64,000 nt of DNA, from assembly GCA_903908595.1 (NCBI GenBank), contig CAIVSN010000116.1, forward strand, positions 454 through 64,453. The letters are read 5' to 3'. This DNA comes from an uncultured bacterium. GTDB taxonomy: Bacteria > Patescibacteriota > Gracilibacteria > BD1-5 > UBA2023. This document shows, piece by piece, positions 20,888-33,100 of the stretch; the first letter of the stretch is position 1; each line of letters begins with the position of its first letter. The notes below the pieces were generated by a model. It searched no databases. It saw only the letters and a list, made by a program, of their open reading frames with translations, and was not told the origin of the DNA. Made by a program: the position numbers and the translations under genes.

Positions 20888-20963
20888 TGGTGGGTTTGGC
20901 GGGGCTCGAACCCGCGACCTTGGCCTTAAAAGGGCCCTGCTCTACCTGCTGAGCTACAAACCC
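20888..20963 (-). tRNA. tRNA-Lys (anticodon UUU), CCA encoded
   Basis: Minus strand reads GGGTTTGTAGCTCAGCAGGTAGAGCAGGGCCCTTTTAAGGCCAAGGTCGCGGGTTCGAGCCCCGCCAAACCCACCA. The anticodon loop is CTTTTAA. Confidence 0.9.
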
Positions 20964-21066
20964 AAAAAAGTGGGTCTCCAATCCTTCTCATTTTCTACTT
21001 CGGGGGCATTGTAGACAAAGAACCCGGAAAGTCGAATTTATTTTGAAATTTTCGCCCCTTCCATTC

Positions 21067-21094
21067 CTTGCAAACCCCGGCATATATGATACTA
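21067..21094 (+). promoter_or_regulatory. Candidate promoter of the giant gene (TTGCAA-N16-TACTAT with an extended -10 TG)
   Basis: -35 TTGCAA 21067-21072 and -10 TACTAT 21089-21094, with TG at 21086-21087. It lies about 30 nt upstream of ATG 21125. Confidence 0.45.
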
Positions 21095-21124
21095 TGGCCC
21101 CTAGAAAGATATCCGATCCCTTCC

Positions 21125-24100
21125 ATGTCCGTATTTCCCAAACCAAGCAGGCTCAAAAAATGGGTTTCCTCACTCCTCATTTTTACCATGTTCGCGAGCC
21201 AGACGGTGCAATTCCCGTTGCTGGTTCCCAGGATCTTCGCGGAAGGCAGCGACGTTCCGAATTTGGTATCGATCATCGTCAGCGAGTCCGTCTTTACTGG
21301 CAACACGAAGGACAAAATTTCCCAATATTCCAAGGATATCCAGGCTTCGATGACCAATACCCGGGTCGTCATCGTGAACGTGCCCGACAACATCGCCCCG
21401 CACAGCATCGCGGCGCTCAATGAAAAACTCTACTACGAAGGCGACGGCGACGGGATTTCCCGGCTCGTGGGGACCGTCCTGATCGGGAAACTCCCGATTC
21501 CCGTGGTCCACAACGGAAGCAAGAGCTTTCTCAGCATCTATCCGTATACCGACTTCGACGAAAAGGTCTTCATGTTCGACGTGGAGAAGGGCTACTACGA
21601 GGCTGGAAGCGGACCCGTGGAGCATGACAGCCCAGAAATCTGGCACGGGGTCATCCAGCCGAATTCCGGGGATTCCGCCACCGACCGGGCCAAACTCGAA
21701 CAGTACCTCGACAAGACGCACGATTTCTATGCGAAGCAGGGGGTGTTCGCCAACATGAGCCAGACGCCCTACGTTTTCTATCTCGACATCACCCACGACC
21801 AGGAAGCCGCGAGCGCTTCCAATTGGAAGGCGTACAACCTCGGCCTCGAATACCTGGAAGATCTTACCTACAAGCGCTTCAACAAGCACCTGGCCAAAAC
21901 GCTGTACGACAAGTTCCAGGGCATGCAGGATTCCACGGCGGATCTGACTTCCGAGGAAAAAGCCGAGCTCGGGGCCGCTGGGGTGGACATTCCGCCGATG
22001 GCCGATTCCATGGATTTTTCCAGTTCCCCGGACATCCAGACCCGCACCGCCATCACCGAGGTAACGAAGCAGTTCTTCGAGATTTTCAACGAAAAATACC
22101 TCGGGGACATCCTCAAGTTCATCTACAACACGGGAAGATACGGCGACGGGAGGGATACCCGGGCCGATATCGCTCCGGTACTGGTATCCAAGCGCGACGA
22201 ATTCATGAAGCGGGTCATTAAGGACAGCAATACCGCGCTCGAAAACAGCATCGACCAGCTCGTGAAATCCGGCCTCGCGATCGATCTGGCCATTCCGACC
22301 GACGTCAAAATCACCAAAACCGGCTCGGGCGCTGACGCCAACAACCCCGTTCCGCCGATATACCGCAATTACTATTATGGGAAATTGGCGAGTTCCATTA
22401 CCAACGCGAAGGAGTGCTCCATCGTCCGGGGTTCTACGCTCCCGGTCGAAGCGAACCGGGGATACAATATCCTCAACGTCGAGCCGGATTTGCAGAAGCT
22501 TACCCAATATTCGACGCTGTGCTTCCCCGGAGGGCTTCCCGCGACGATGGACTGGTGGGGCGGCAACAGCCCGCTCAACGTGAAGACCGATTCGTTCACG
22601 GCGGCGGATTTGGCGATCTTGCAAAGCGCGACGGGCGGAACGGACCTCTCCGCCTACGAAGGCAAGCTCTCCACCAAGTTCGAGCTCAAGGGCAACGTCT
22701 ATAAGGATTACGTCATCCAGACCTTCGATCTCCTGGGGCAAAGCGAAATCTCGCGTACCGGAGCGCTCCGCGTCAATTCCCCGTCGGATTGTCTCGCCTC
22801 GAACTATATCGCGGATCCGTTCGTCGGAAAATCCGAGGATGGGATGTCATTTTCCCAATTCCAGCATCCGCAGACTACGGGGGGGACGCAGTTCGTCTGC
22901 GTGATGCGGGACAGCAAGGGGGTGCTCGGCCACAAGTTTTTCGTGCAATCCAGCACGACCCTTTTCGCGGACGCCATCGCCGACCGGATCAACCCGCCCC
23001 TCTGTACCGTCGTCAAAGTCAATCTGGTGGGAGGTTTTTCCAAGCAGTTCGGACGGCTGTGCGATGAAGAAGTACCGGTGGCGACCACGGGAAACGGAAC
23101 GGGAGAATCCTCCGGAACGGAAACGGTGACGACCGGGACGACCGAGGAGTACGACTTCAAAAAGATATCTTCCTGGATCGTCCACAAATCCCCCACGGAC
23201 GAAGAATACGGGGCCGCCGTCAAAGGCATGACCACTCCTTCCCTCGCGAGCGACGGGGACCGCTACATCGACTTCATGGGCCCTGCGGGAACCGTCCAAA
23301 AAATCGTCTATCCGAATTTTTTCCGGCTGAACAACCAGTCCTACGAGGCCGCGTTGGCAACGGCAGGAACCTGAGGCAGCACGTTTTTTGGCGATCTCGT
23401 GACCGTCGTGGACCACTCCCTCGCCTCGGCCGGCTGAGGCACCGTGGCCAACACTGGGGCCAGCCTGCTTTCCGGCAATATGCCCGACCTGACCATCGAT
23501 ATGGTCAAAGATTCCATCAAGGCGGTCCTCGATAAGAAAAGCGCCGAAATCAACGCCATTATCAACGCGCAGGATCCGGCGCTCCTCACCGGGGATCAGG
23601 CCGCGATCTACCAGCTCATGAATACCGGCGCCTATCCGGCCGCCAACGTCGATCTCTATACGATGGTCGCGAGCAGCGGGAACATGCTCACGACCCTGGC
23701 GGATACCATCCTCTGGTACAACCGCACCAACGCGACGAGCAAGTATTCGTTCATCCTCGAGAATTACCTCGACCGCGACGGGAACCGGGACTACCCGCTT
23801 TCCGGGCACCATTCCGATTATGAAATGGGATACATCGGCGGACCCGGCGACGCGCAGAACATGTACGTCAAGGTCGACCCAGAATCCAAAGGCACCCTGT
23901 CGAAAGACATTACCGACATCCAGGCCGACTACGGTTCCCTCGTAAACCTGCTGGACGCCGCGAACGTCGCCGAGTACAGTCCCGAAGATTCCCAATTCAA
24001 GTGCGGGCCGCCGGAGGGCGTGGTCATTTGGAAATGGCTTCCTGCCGTCTTCTGCTGGCTCGGGACGATTCTCCCGCCGACCATTTCGGCCGGATCCTGC

Positions 24101-27100
24101 GGACCGCAACTCGGCTCCGATACGGACAAGGGGCAAGACCGCGATTTTTTCACTTCGATTCCGGGCACGGACGGCAAGCTCGCCTGGCAGCAAGACCTCG
24201 ACCATAACGGAATCCTCGACGGATACGAGTGGGTCAAGGACGGGGAAATCAAGCTTGCCGCTTCTCTCAAGCGGATCGGATACCGCTCGGGCGCGGCGCT
24301 GACGGCCGATCTCACGAAGGACGGCCGGATTCTCGCCCACGATTCGTACAACCAGGTATTTTTCGACGTCAAGAAAATCACGCTGCTGAAGGGTCAGAAC
24401 GATCTCGAAGGCAATCCGGTGACTTCCGACAAGATCGTCTACGTCCGGGGAGGAACGGGAGCCGCCGGAAGCATCGAGACGCTCAAAAAATACGTTTTCT
24501 TCACGCCGATCGCGGTCCGGGCGGAGGCGGGAACGGCCACCTACGGCATCCAATCCATCGACCGGGACATCGATATCGATATCGTCGCCACCGTCGCTCC
24601 GAAAGACAAAAACGGAAACGTCGCCTTTTCCAAGGATTCCAATCTCATTACCCTCAAAGTCCGGGACGAAGCGCTCAAAATCGGTACGGAAATCCAGGAA
24701 ACCACCGGAACCGGATCCCGGGTCGATCCGACCTTCAAGGCGGGAGACGCGAGCAAAATCACCTTCAAGTTCACGGTATCCGGGAAAAATCCCGAAACGC
24801 CGACGGCCGCGAAATCGCCCATCAAGATCAAAATCCTCGACGACGTCGACGGAACGGAGCTTACGCCGAGGCCGGCGGATATCGGCAGCGACACGTTCAT
24901 TTATGCCGGAAACCTCCTGAAACAGGCCGGGAATTACCGGTTCGAATTCGTCGACGCGGAAGACCGGTACGGCACCGTCATGGTGAACGTCCTCCCGGGC
25001 GACCCATTCAAGATCGAAGCCGTAGCGGCCTCGAACATGTTCGTGAAAGGCCAGAAAAATATGGTCCTCGTAACCGTGAAGGACCGATTCGACAACTACG
25101 TCAAGGGGGACTTGCTCCAGGTCGCCGGCACCGTCGACGGGGGCGCGTATTTCACGGAAAACCACGATGCCGCCAATTCGAAAAGCACCGTCGAAGGCGT
25201 ATTGAGCTTCGAGATGAGCGCCGACGCCGGAAGCACGGGCAACAACACCCACAAATTGGATTTCAGCACCGTCGACAGCAAAGGCGCGACCATCAAGATG
25301 GCCACGCCGCTGACCGTCCAATCCATCGACTACGCCAAGATCCAGGTAAACGTCGCGAACCGCGGCAGCCTGGTGGCCGGAGGTTCCGGACAGACCGTCA
25401 CGCTCAAGATTACCGACAATCTCGGGCAGGTATTGACCGGGTTCAACGGGGTCGCCAGTCTGGATTTTCCGAAAAATTCCGGATTCTTCAGCACGCCGTT
25501 CGTCCAAATCACGAACGGGACCAATTCCGGCGCCCTGACCTTCACTCCGGGAACGGTCGCGATCCTCGATGCCAAAATCGACGTGCAGGTCCCCGGGATC
25601 GTCGACGTGGAAGGCGGAACGCTGAGCATTCTCCCGAACGTGCCGATGCGCGTGGGACTCCTCTCCGATACCGCCAAATTCGAAGCCAAGGTCGGGAATT
25701 CCGCCGGGATTACCGCGCAACTGTTCGACCGGTACGGCAACATCGCCTACAATCACCCGGCCGGAATGTCGGCGAATTTCACGATTCCGAGCGGTTACGG
25801 CAAGTACGGCAGCATCAGCGGGGGGAACGTGCCATTCGCGAACGGGGAAGCCAAGGTCCAAATCAATTCCAGCAGCAGTCCGGGCACCCTCTATTATATG
25901 GTGGAAGTCGCTCCCGGACTCGAAACGAATACCTTTACCATAGAAGGGGAAAATATCGACACGACCCCTCCGACGAAAACTTCCGTCACGATCAAGGGGT
26001 ATTCCAAAAACGTCGCCTACATCGAGAGCTACTACCTGTGGAACGCGGAAAAACTCGCGAAAACCAACTACAACGTCCTCTCCACCACCCTGCTCGGGGC
26101 CGACTACGGAAACGTCACCGTTCCGAACTATCTCGCGGGCGAACTGATTTTCAATTCCGGCAGCTCGTCGATGGCGGTCACGACGCTCCTGGGCAACGCC
26201 GAAAAGCGGGACGAAATCGTCCAGATGACCCCGGGAGGAAAAATCGTCCTCGACCGGGGCCAGACGGCCGAAGTCCAAATCGGTTCCAACAAGAACCGGA
26301 CGACGCTCGATATTTTCGACCCGTTCAAACGGGAAAATATCGGAAGGTTCTATCTCAATACCAGTCCGGCGACGCCGACGTTCGCATGCGCCACGGACGA
26401 AGCGGACGAAATCGACGCCTGCGACTTCCAGGGCAAGGAATCCTATATGGTCCTCAAGGGATTGGGCGAGGCCGAAGTGACGAAGATCGGCAACCGGCTC
26501 AGCCTCGGTTTCGACGGCATTCCCGTCTTCGAAATTTCTCCGGACGGAACGATCACCAAGTATCCGAACGTCACCGTGGAAGCGGACGGGGAAGAAAGCA
26601 GGAATCTCCTTTCGCTCTCCATCGTCAGCAGCGGCATCAAAATCGGACGGCTCGGCATCAAGTGGGACGCTCCGGAGATTATCGTCAGCTCCCCTTCGAC
26701 CCTCGACGCAGCGCTCGCGAGCCACCCCGGCACCATCGTCTACGAGGGCATTTCTCCCCGATACGGCATCAAACAGGACAACCTGGGGAATACTTCCGCG
26801 GGAGACAAGGGCCTCAAGATTTTCGCCCAGAGCGAAGACGTGGAGACGGACCGGGATCTCATAGGATCCTCCGGCAAGCTGGGATACGAGGAATACGCCA
26901 AAAACAAGGGGATCGGATTCGGCGACGGCAACAACACCCAACTCGAATTCGCGAGCCAATCCACCGTCGGGCAATCCGCCAAATCCTTCGCGACCTACTC
27001 CGAAATCGTCATCGGCGACCCGGTCGCGAGGCTTCCGGAAATCCTCTCTCCCCAGAACTTCGACCGAACCCTGGGAAAAAGGCTCATGAGCAGCGCCGGC

Positions 27101-30100
27101 GGAATCATCGAATCCTATTCGACGATCGACTACAACCGGGACAACATGCAGGACATCGTCGTCTTCTACCAGGACGGCAAGGTCGAGCTCCTGCAAAACT
27201 ACCGGTGAACCTACAAGAGCCTCGGCTATCTCCTCTACGTCTTCGACGCGGGCAAGGAACGCAAGGGCGCGGGGGATTTCAACGGCGACGGCTACGGGGA
27301 CTTGGTCATGGTGGACCAGGACGGCAAACTCATCGTCATCCAAAACCGAAAGGGCAAATTCGTCCGCGTACCCGCAAAAATCATCGACCAAGCCGGTGCC
27401 GAAGCCAAAATCGGCGGATCCGTCATGCAGCTGGAAATATTCGACATGGACAAGGACGGCAAAACCGACATCGTCATTTCCGACGATTCCGGAGAATTGA
27501 ACATCCTCTACGGCGGCGGCACTCCGGACGACGTCGTTTTCACCAAAAAATTGCTCGACGACGGCATCGGAATCAAGCTGGGAACCGGGGAATTCACGAA
27601 CGGCGGGGCGATCCGTTTCGACGGCATCAAGGAAATGACCCCGTTCACCCAGACCGGGTACGTCATGGAAACCGAGGCTTCCAGCGCGGACGCCGACGTC
27701 GAAACACTCAGCCTTCCGGACCAAATCCGGCTCTTGGACAGCAAAATCTACTACCAGCAAACCGTCTACGAGGAAGTTCAGAACCCGGCGGAGGCCCAGA
27801 ATATCCGGCTGCTCAGCGGAGTGGGCGACGATCCGGACAATCCCGGCGTCCCTAACCAGGCGCTCGCCGATGAGATCAGCCAGACGATTCTCGATTTGCA
27901 GAACCAGGCGGCGAGCGGCAGCATCGACACGAGCGAACTCACGAACGCGACGATCGAAAAGCAGCGCTCGTTCCTCCGATCCGAATTCGCGGACGGAAAA
28001 GACATAAAAATCGCAAAAAAATATACCGATAGCAACGGCGGGTTCCTTCAGGCGGGGGATCCGATCCTGGTAACGATCGACGTGACCAATGCCGGAAGCG
28101 CTCCCCTTTCCGGAGTCATCTATCTCGACAGTTACGAAAAATCCGTGTTCCAGCCGGGAGAAAACGATTCGTATGCCATTTACGGCGGGTCGGGCAGCAT
28201 GATGGGAACCGGGGCTTTCGCCGCCTTCACGGGAAGCACGTTCTTCGACGAACTGGCAACGGTCGTGGACCATTCATTGTCCGCGGCCTCGGGCGGCTGA
28301 TCGGCCGGAAGCGCCGCCGCCACGGGATCTGCCCAAGACGGGCTCATTGGCACCGGCAGCCTCGACCAGCTCACCGAAGGGGAATTCGACTTCCAATTCG
28401 GAACGCTGACCATCCCCGTGGGCCAGAAAATCACCATCAAATACCTCCTCAAGGCCAATGCTATCTCCGTCGGGAAATTCCACGTGGGCGTACTCGAAAC
28501 CGATGACATATACGGGGACGTCAGCATGAACGCGAACTCGGTCTGCTGAGACCAGGAATGGCTTTGGAAATCCATCGTACCGACTCCGAGAACGTATTCG
28601 GCAAGAACCCTCAGGGATATCCCGGAGAGCGGCGACGTAGCCGGTACCCAAAAGGGCAAGTTCACCGATTTCAACGGCAACGGATCCCCGGACTATATCG
28701 ACCTCCTTTCCGGAACGGGCGGTAACGATTCCATGGCGTCCTCGCTCTGGGATCCAACGCGACACGGGATCCTGGTTTTCCGCGAAACCTCGACCGATAC
28801 CGGGCTGGACGGAACGAATTTCGAAGTCGGACGGGTCGTCTCCAATTCCGAAACGGGGTACGTCCAACTCAACCCCGTATCCGTAAAGGAAGACGTTCCC
28901 GTTCTCGCGACGCCGGCGCTCGCCAACGGGACGATCAACGGAAACGAACTCGGCGCCGGAAGCGTCAGCAACGTCCTGACCGGAAGCGTTACCAATACGC
29001 TGATCACGACCGCCTGCGGACAACCGGGCACTTCCGTTTCGGATCTCCGGCTCACGGGATACCGGCAGATCTATCATCCGAGCGTCATGTCGGACATTAC
29101 GGGAAACCTCTCGCTCGTCGCCGTCGGAACGTCGAAAACCCTCGACGCTTCTGGAAGCGTCATCGGTACGGGCGACTGCATGATCGACATCAATTCGACG
29201 TCGAATCCGGCATGGGACGGTACCAAGGTCACCGGGCTCGGCTGGAAACTCCTCACCAAGGGAACCTTCCAGCACTTCAGCCTCGGGGGCACGCAATCCA
29301 ACCTCATCGCCGAGTCCGTCGGAATTCCCGACAGCCACGAACCGCTCGGAAGCGATTTGTTCACGTTCGAAAGCGATGGGTCGCTCATCGGGGGAACCGT
29401 CGACATCGGGGGCATGTCGGACGAAAACATCGACAAGGTCAACGGGGCCATCGATACCATCGTCCAGGGCCTCGGGTGCGGATTCGGAGGAGGTAGCTGC
29501 CTCTCCATGCCGATGAACTGGGCCCCTCTCGCCCCGGGTTCCGCTCCGGTCGTCATGGGATTCCCCATCGGGGGACTCAGTCCGTCGACGGGTTTCCCGG
29601 TATTCAGCAGCCTCACGGGCATCCAGACGATGTGCGGCAAATCGCCTTGCTGCATACCGAGCGTTTTTCCCATAAGCCCCCTCGCCTACGTACCCGGACC
29701 GGCTTGCGGATCCCCGAGCGCCGGAGGATACCTGGGCACCTGGGCGCCAACCAACACGTTCCGCTTCTATATCACCCCGACCATCACGGGAGCCGTGGGA
29801 ATCGCCGCGTGTTTCGGAGGTACGGCCATGGTTACCGGACGAATACCGCCACAGGCCGTATCGCCGCTCGTGCCGGGAGGCAACTGCGTCGTCGCGGCCA
29901 AGCCGCTCCTCGGCTGCAAGGACGACGGTTCCGACGGGACGTTCGAGGACTTGTGAAGCACCGATAACGGAACCCTCAATGCCGGATCCTGCAAGAACCA
30001 ATCCGACGAGGAAACCGTTTCCGCCGAAGACCAGGAAAAAATCCGAGCCTTCGTCCGCGGCGACAATACCTTCGTGAGCGATATCGTCAAAAATGCCGCG

Positions 30101-33100
30101 GGCCGCGGAAGCATGATTATTCCGAACGGTCCCCTGCTCTCCATCTGAGGCCGGGGCGGAAGCGGAGCCGGCAGCTTCGAGCTGGCCATCGATCTCAAGA
30201 GCATCAAGAACTTCGATATCGGCATCATCACCAAAATCAGCAACCAGCGGGTTTCCGCGTTCCCGGATTTCATCATGGACTGGGTCAACCGCCAATTGGA
30301 AGAAGTCGCCAACAAACTCACGAGCCTCCCGACGCTGTATATCATCAAGCCGGATTTCCGAGGCGTCATCGACGGCAACTGGAACGGGTTCACGGAGAAG
30401 CTCGGGAAAGCCTACGGTACCGGAAAGAAAAACGGCAGTCCGGTACTCGGCAACGAAAACGCCGGCCGGAGCATTTCCGGCGTCAAGTCAGCCTACGAAT
30501 TCATGTCCCGGCTCCCCCTTATCAAATTCGAGAAAACGACCCTGGACATCTCCTATCCGGACATCGGCCAGGAAGACCTCAACAAGGCCCTCAAGAATCT
30601 CAAGAATACCAAGGCCCAATGGGAGCGGGAGATTTCGAGCAAGAAAGCCCTGTACGCGGGCACGTTGACCGCTACCGGCATGGACGCGAGCATTATCGTC
30701 CGGTCGGAATGACTTATCAGCAGCATCAACCAGAACATCCGAACGATAGAGGAATACAAGAAATTCCCGGAAAAACTCGCGAAGTACCTTACCTGGAAGG
30801 AACGGTATGCGGCGCAATTGCTCTGCAATATCACGGCAATCCAAAACATGCTGGACAGTTTCATTACCAAGAATGCCATCCGCTTCAAGGCCTGGGTCGA
30901 GTTCTTCGAACTGCTCAAGAACATCCTCAAGGGCTGGCAGCTCATCCCGGACCTCTTCTACAAGAACGAGGCCGAATGCGGGGTGTGCCGCAACGAGCGC
31001 TACGACGCGAAGCATTTCATGTTCAAGCTCATCAAGGCCATCATACCGCCGCTTCCGATCATCAAGTTCCCGAAGTGGCCGGACATCATCTTGGACCTCC
31101 ACAACGTTCGGCTCGGCCTCCGCATCGCCATGCCGGAATTCGTGTTCCACCCGACCCCGATCGTCCTTCCGAGATTCCCGAATCTCGCGTTGCCGACGCT
31201 TCCGAAACTGGGCATCGGTTTGCCGAGCATTCCGACGCTTCCGAGCCTGCCGCCGTTACCGGAATTGCCGGATATTCCGTCGCTTCCGCTCATCACCCTT
31301 CCGGAACTCCCGCCGCCGCCGACCATCCCGAAGCTCTTCGGAGCCATCAAATTCACGTTGAACATCCTCAAGATCATCGCGAAGGTCCTCTGTATCATGC
31401 GTTCGAATCCGTTCGTGCCGGAATGGCGCGCCGGAGACCAGATTGCCCAGATTACGGAACGGCAGGGCAAAATGAAGCTCGACTTCCTCAATATCGAATT
31501 CCCGCAGTTCAACGCGAGCTTCGTCGATGCCATCAAGGTGACGACCTACGTGAATTTCGAGTTCCAGATCGACTTCCTCCTCGAAATGGCCAAAGCCACG
31601 TTCGAACCGATCAACGCGTTCACCTCGAACCTCTCGAACATCGTTCCGAACGCGACCAAGGACATCCTTCCGAACAAAGTGGACCTCCGCGGGCTCAATC
31701 CGGGCAACCAGAAAATCCAAATCGGTCCGACCGGAATGGAAGGCAAAAACCCGTTCGTCAAGCAATACGCCCAAACGTTGGCCCAAGCATTCGTTACGAC
31801 GATCAAGCAAGGACAATTCTACGCGAACGAATCGGCGGCCTACGAGGAAATACGGGAGAATCTCGCCGACGAGCTCGCCCATACCCACGCGACCCCGGGA
31901 ACCCCGGGATTCGCCATCCTCGAAGAAATGCGGGAAGGACTCCGGATTCGCGGCGATGCCGAAGCCGAAGCCCTCGCGACCGAACTCCGAAGGGACAACG
32001 ACGAAAAGTTCAACCTCGCGAACGGTTTCGTCAAATCGGAGATGCACGAAATCACGGAACTCCAGGCCCAACTCCACCTCGTGCAAACCGGCAAGAAGGA
32101 CCTCTCGGATATTTTCGGGACCCGGAAAAGCGGGGGAAATGCCGAATTGACGGATTCCGCGAACCCGTACAGCACCGAATCGGAACTTCCAGATTTCACC
32201 AAATTCAACGAACGGGCCTACGTCGCCTATTCCGAACTCCTCGCACCGAAGCCGGACGACGAACTCGTGACCATGGGAAAAAATCTCAAGGACAGCATGC
32301 AAGCCTATTCCGCGGAAGCCGAGAGGAAGTCCGCCGAATACTGAGCCGGAACTGACATTGCCGGCGGAGGCGAACTCGCGAATTACGAATACCGCGGCAT
32401 TTATACCAAGGACAACGGTCGGCAGATCCGGCTCTTCGATTACACCAACGACCTCATGGGAGACGAGAGAGCCGTCCAGGTCGACCGGCTCGGAAACGGG
32501 GCGATAGAATATATCTACCTGAGCGGGGACGGATTGTATCTCAAGACCAAACTGGGGAATTCCGGAACCTCGGCGACGAGCGGAAGCGCTTCCACGGGCG
32601 GAACCGGTTTCTTCGACGAACTCGGCACCGTCGTGGACAATTCCCTGTCCATGGCTACGGGAGGAACTCCGACTGCCAACACCGGAGGTGGGACTTCGGG
32701 CAGCGTCACGACCAGCATTCCCGTCTACCGGCTTTCCGGCATCATCGATCTTCCGAATTCCGAAACGTTGCGGCCGACCGCGCCGAACCGTTTCGTGGAA
32801 AGATTCGTGGCTTCCGGGGAAATCAACTTCTCGTTCCGGCCGGCCGACTTGGTCAACGACACGATTTTTCGAATGGAATTCTACGATTATATCGATCGCT
32901 TCGACCTGCGGATGAGTGGGAAAGACTGGAAGGATATCGCGCCGACCACCCGGGTTTCCTACGTGGATCTCGTCCCGGAATTCACGGGCGAAACCGTGAC
33001 GGACGCTTCCAATACCGGCATCATCCTCCAAAAACCCTATGCGAAATACTTACAGGGAACCGGGAACGGATTCATCAGCGGGGCGGACTACCGCACCCTC

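Noticed and set aside
22847-28273. Very long track ORFs on the opposite strand or in other frames of the giant gene and other real genes. Examples: 22847-28273 (-) 1808 aa, 24229-27855 (+), 28274-30295 (-), 30619-32355 (+), 31256-33031 (-), 2674-4281 (+), 43826-45811 (+), 50130-51686 (+), 52570-54543 (+).
   Set aside because: Their products are Arg/Gly/Pro/His-rich low-information strings typical of shadow frames in GC-rich DNA. Each overlaps a frame with recognisable domains, and none shows any motif I recognise.
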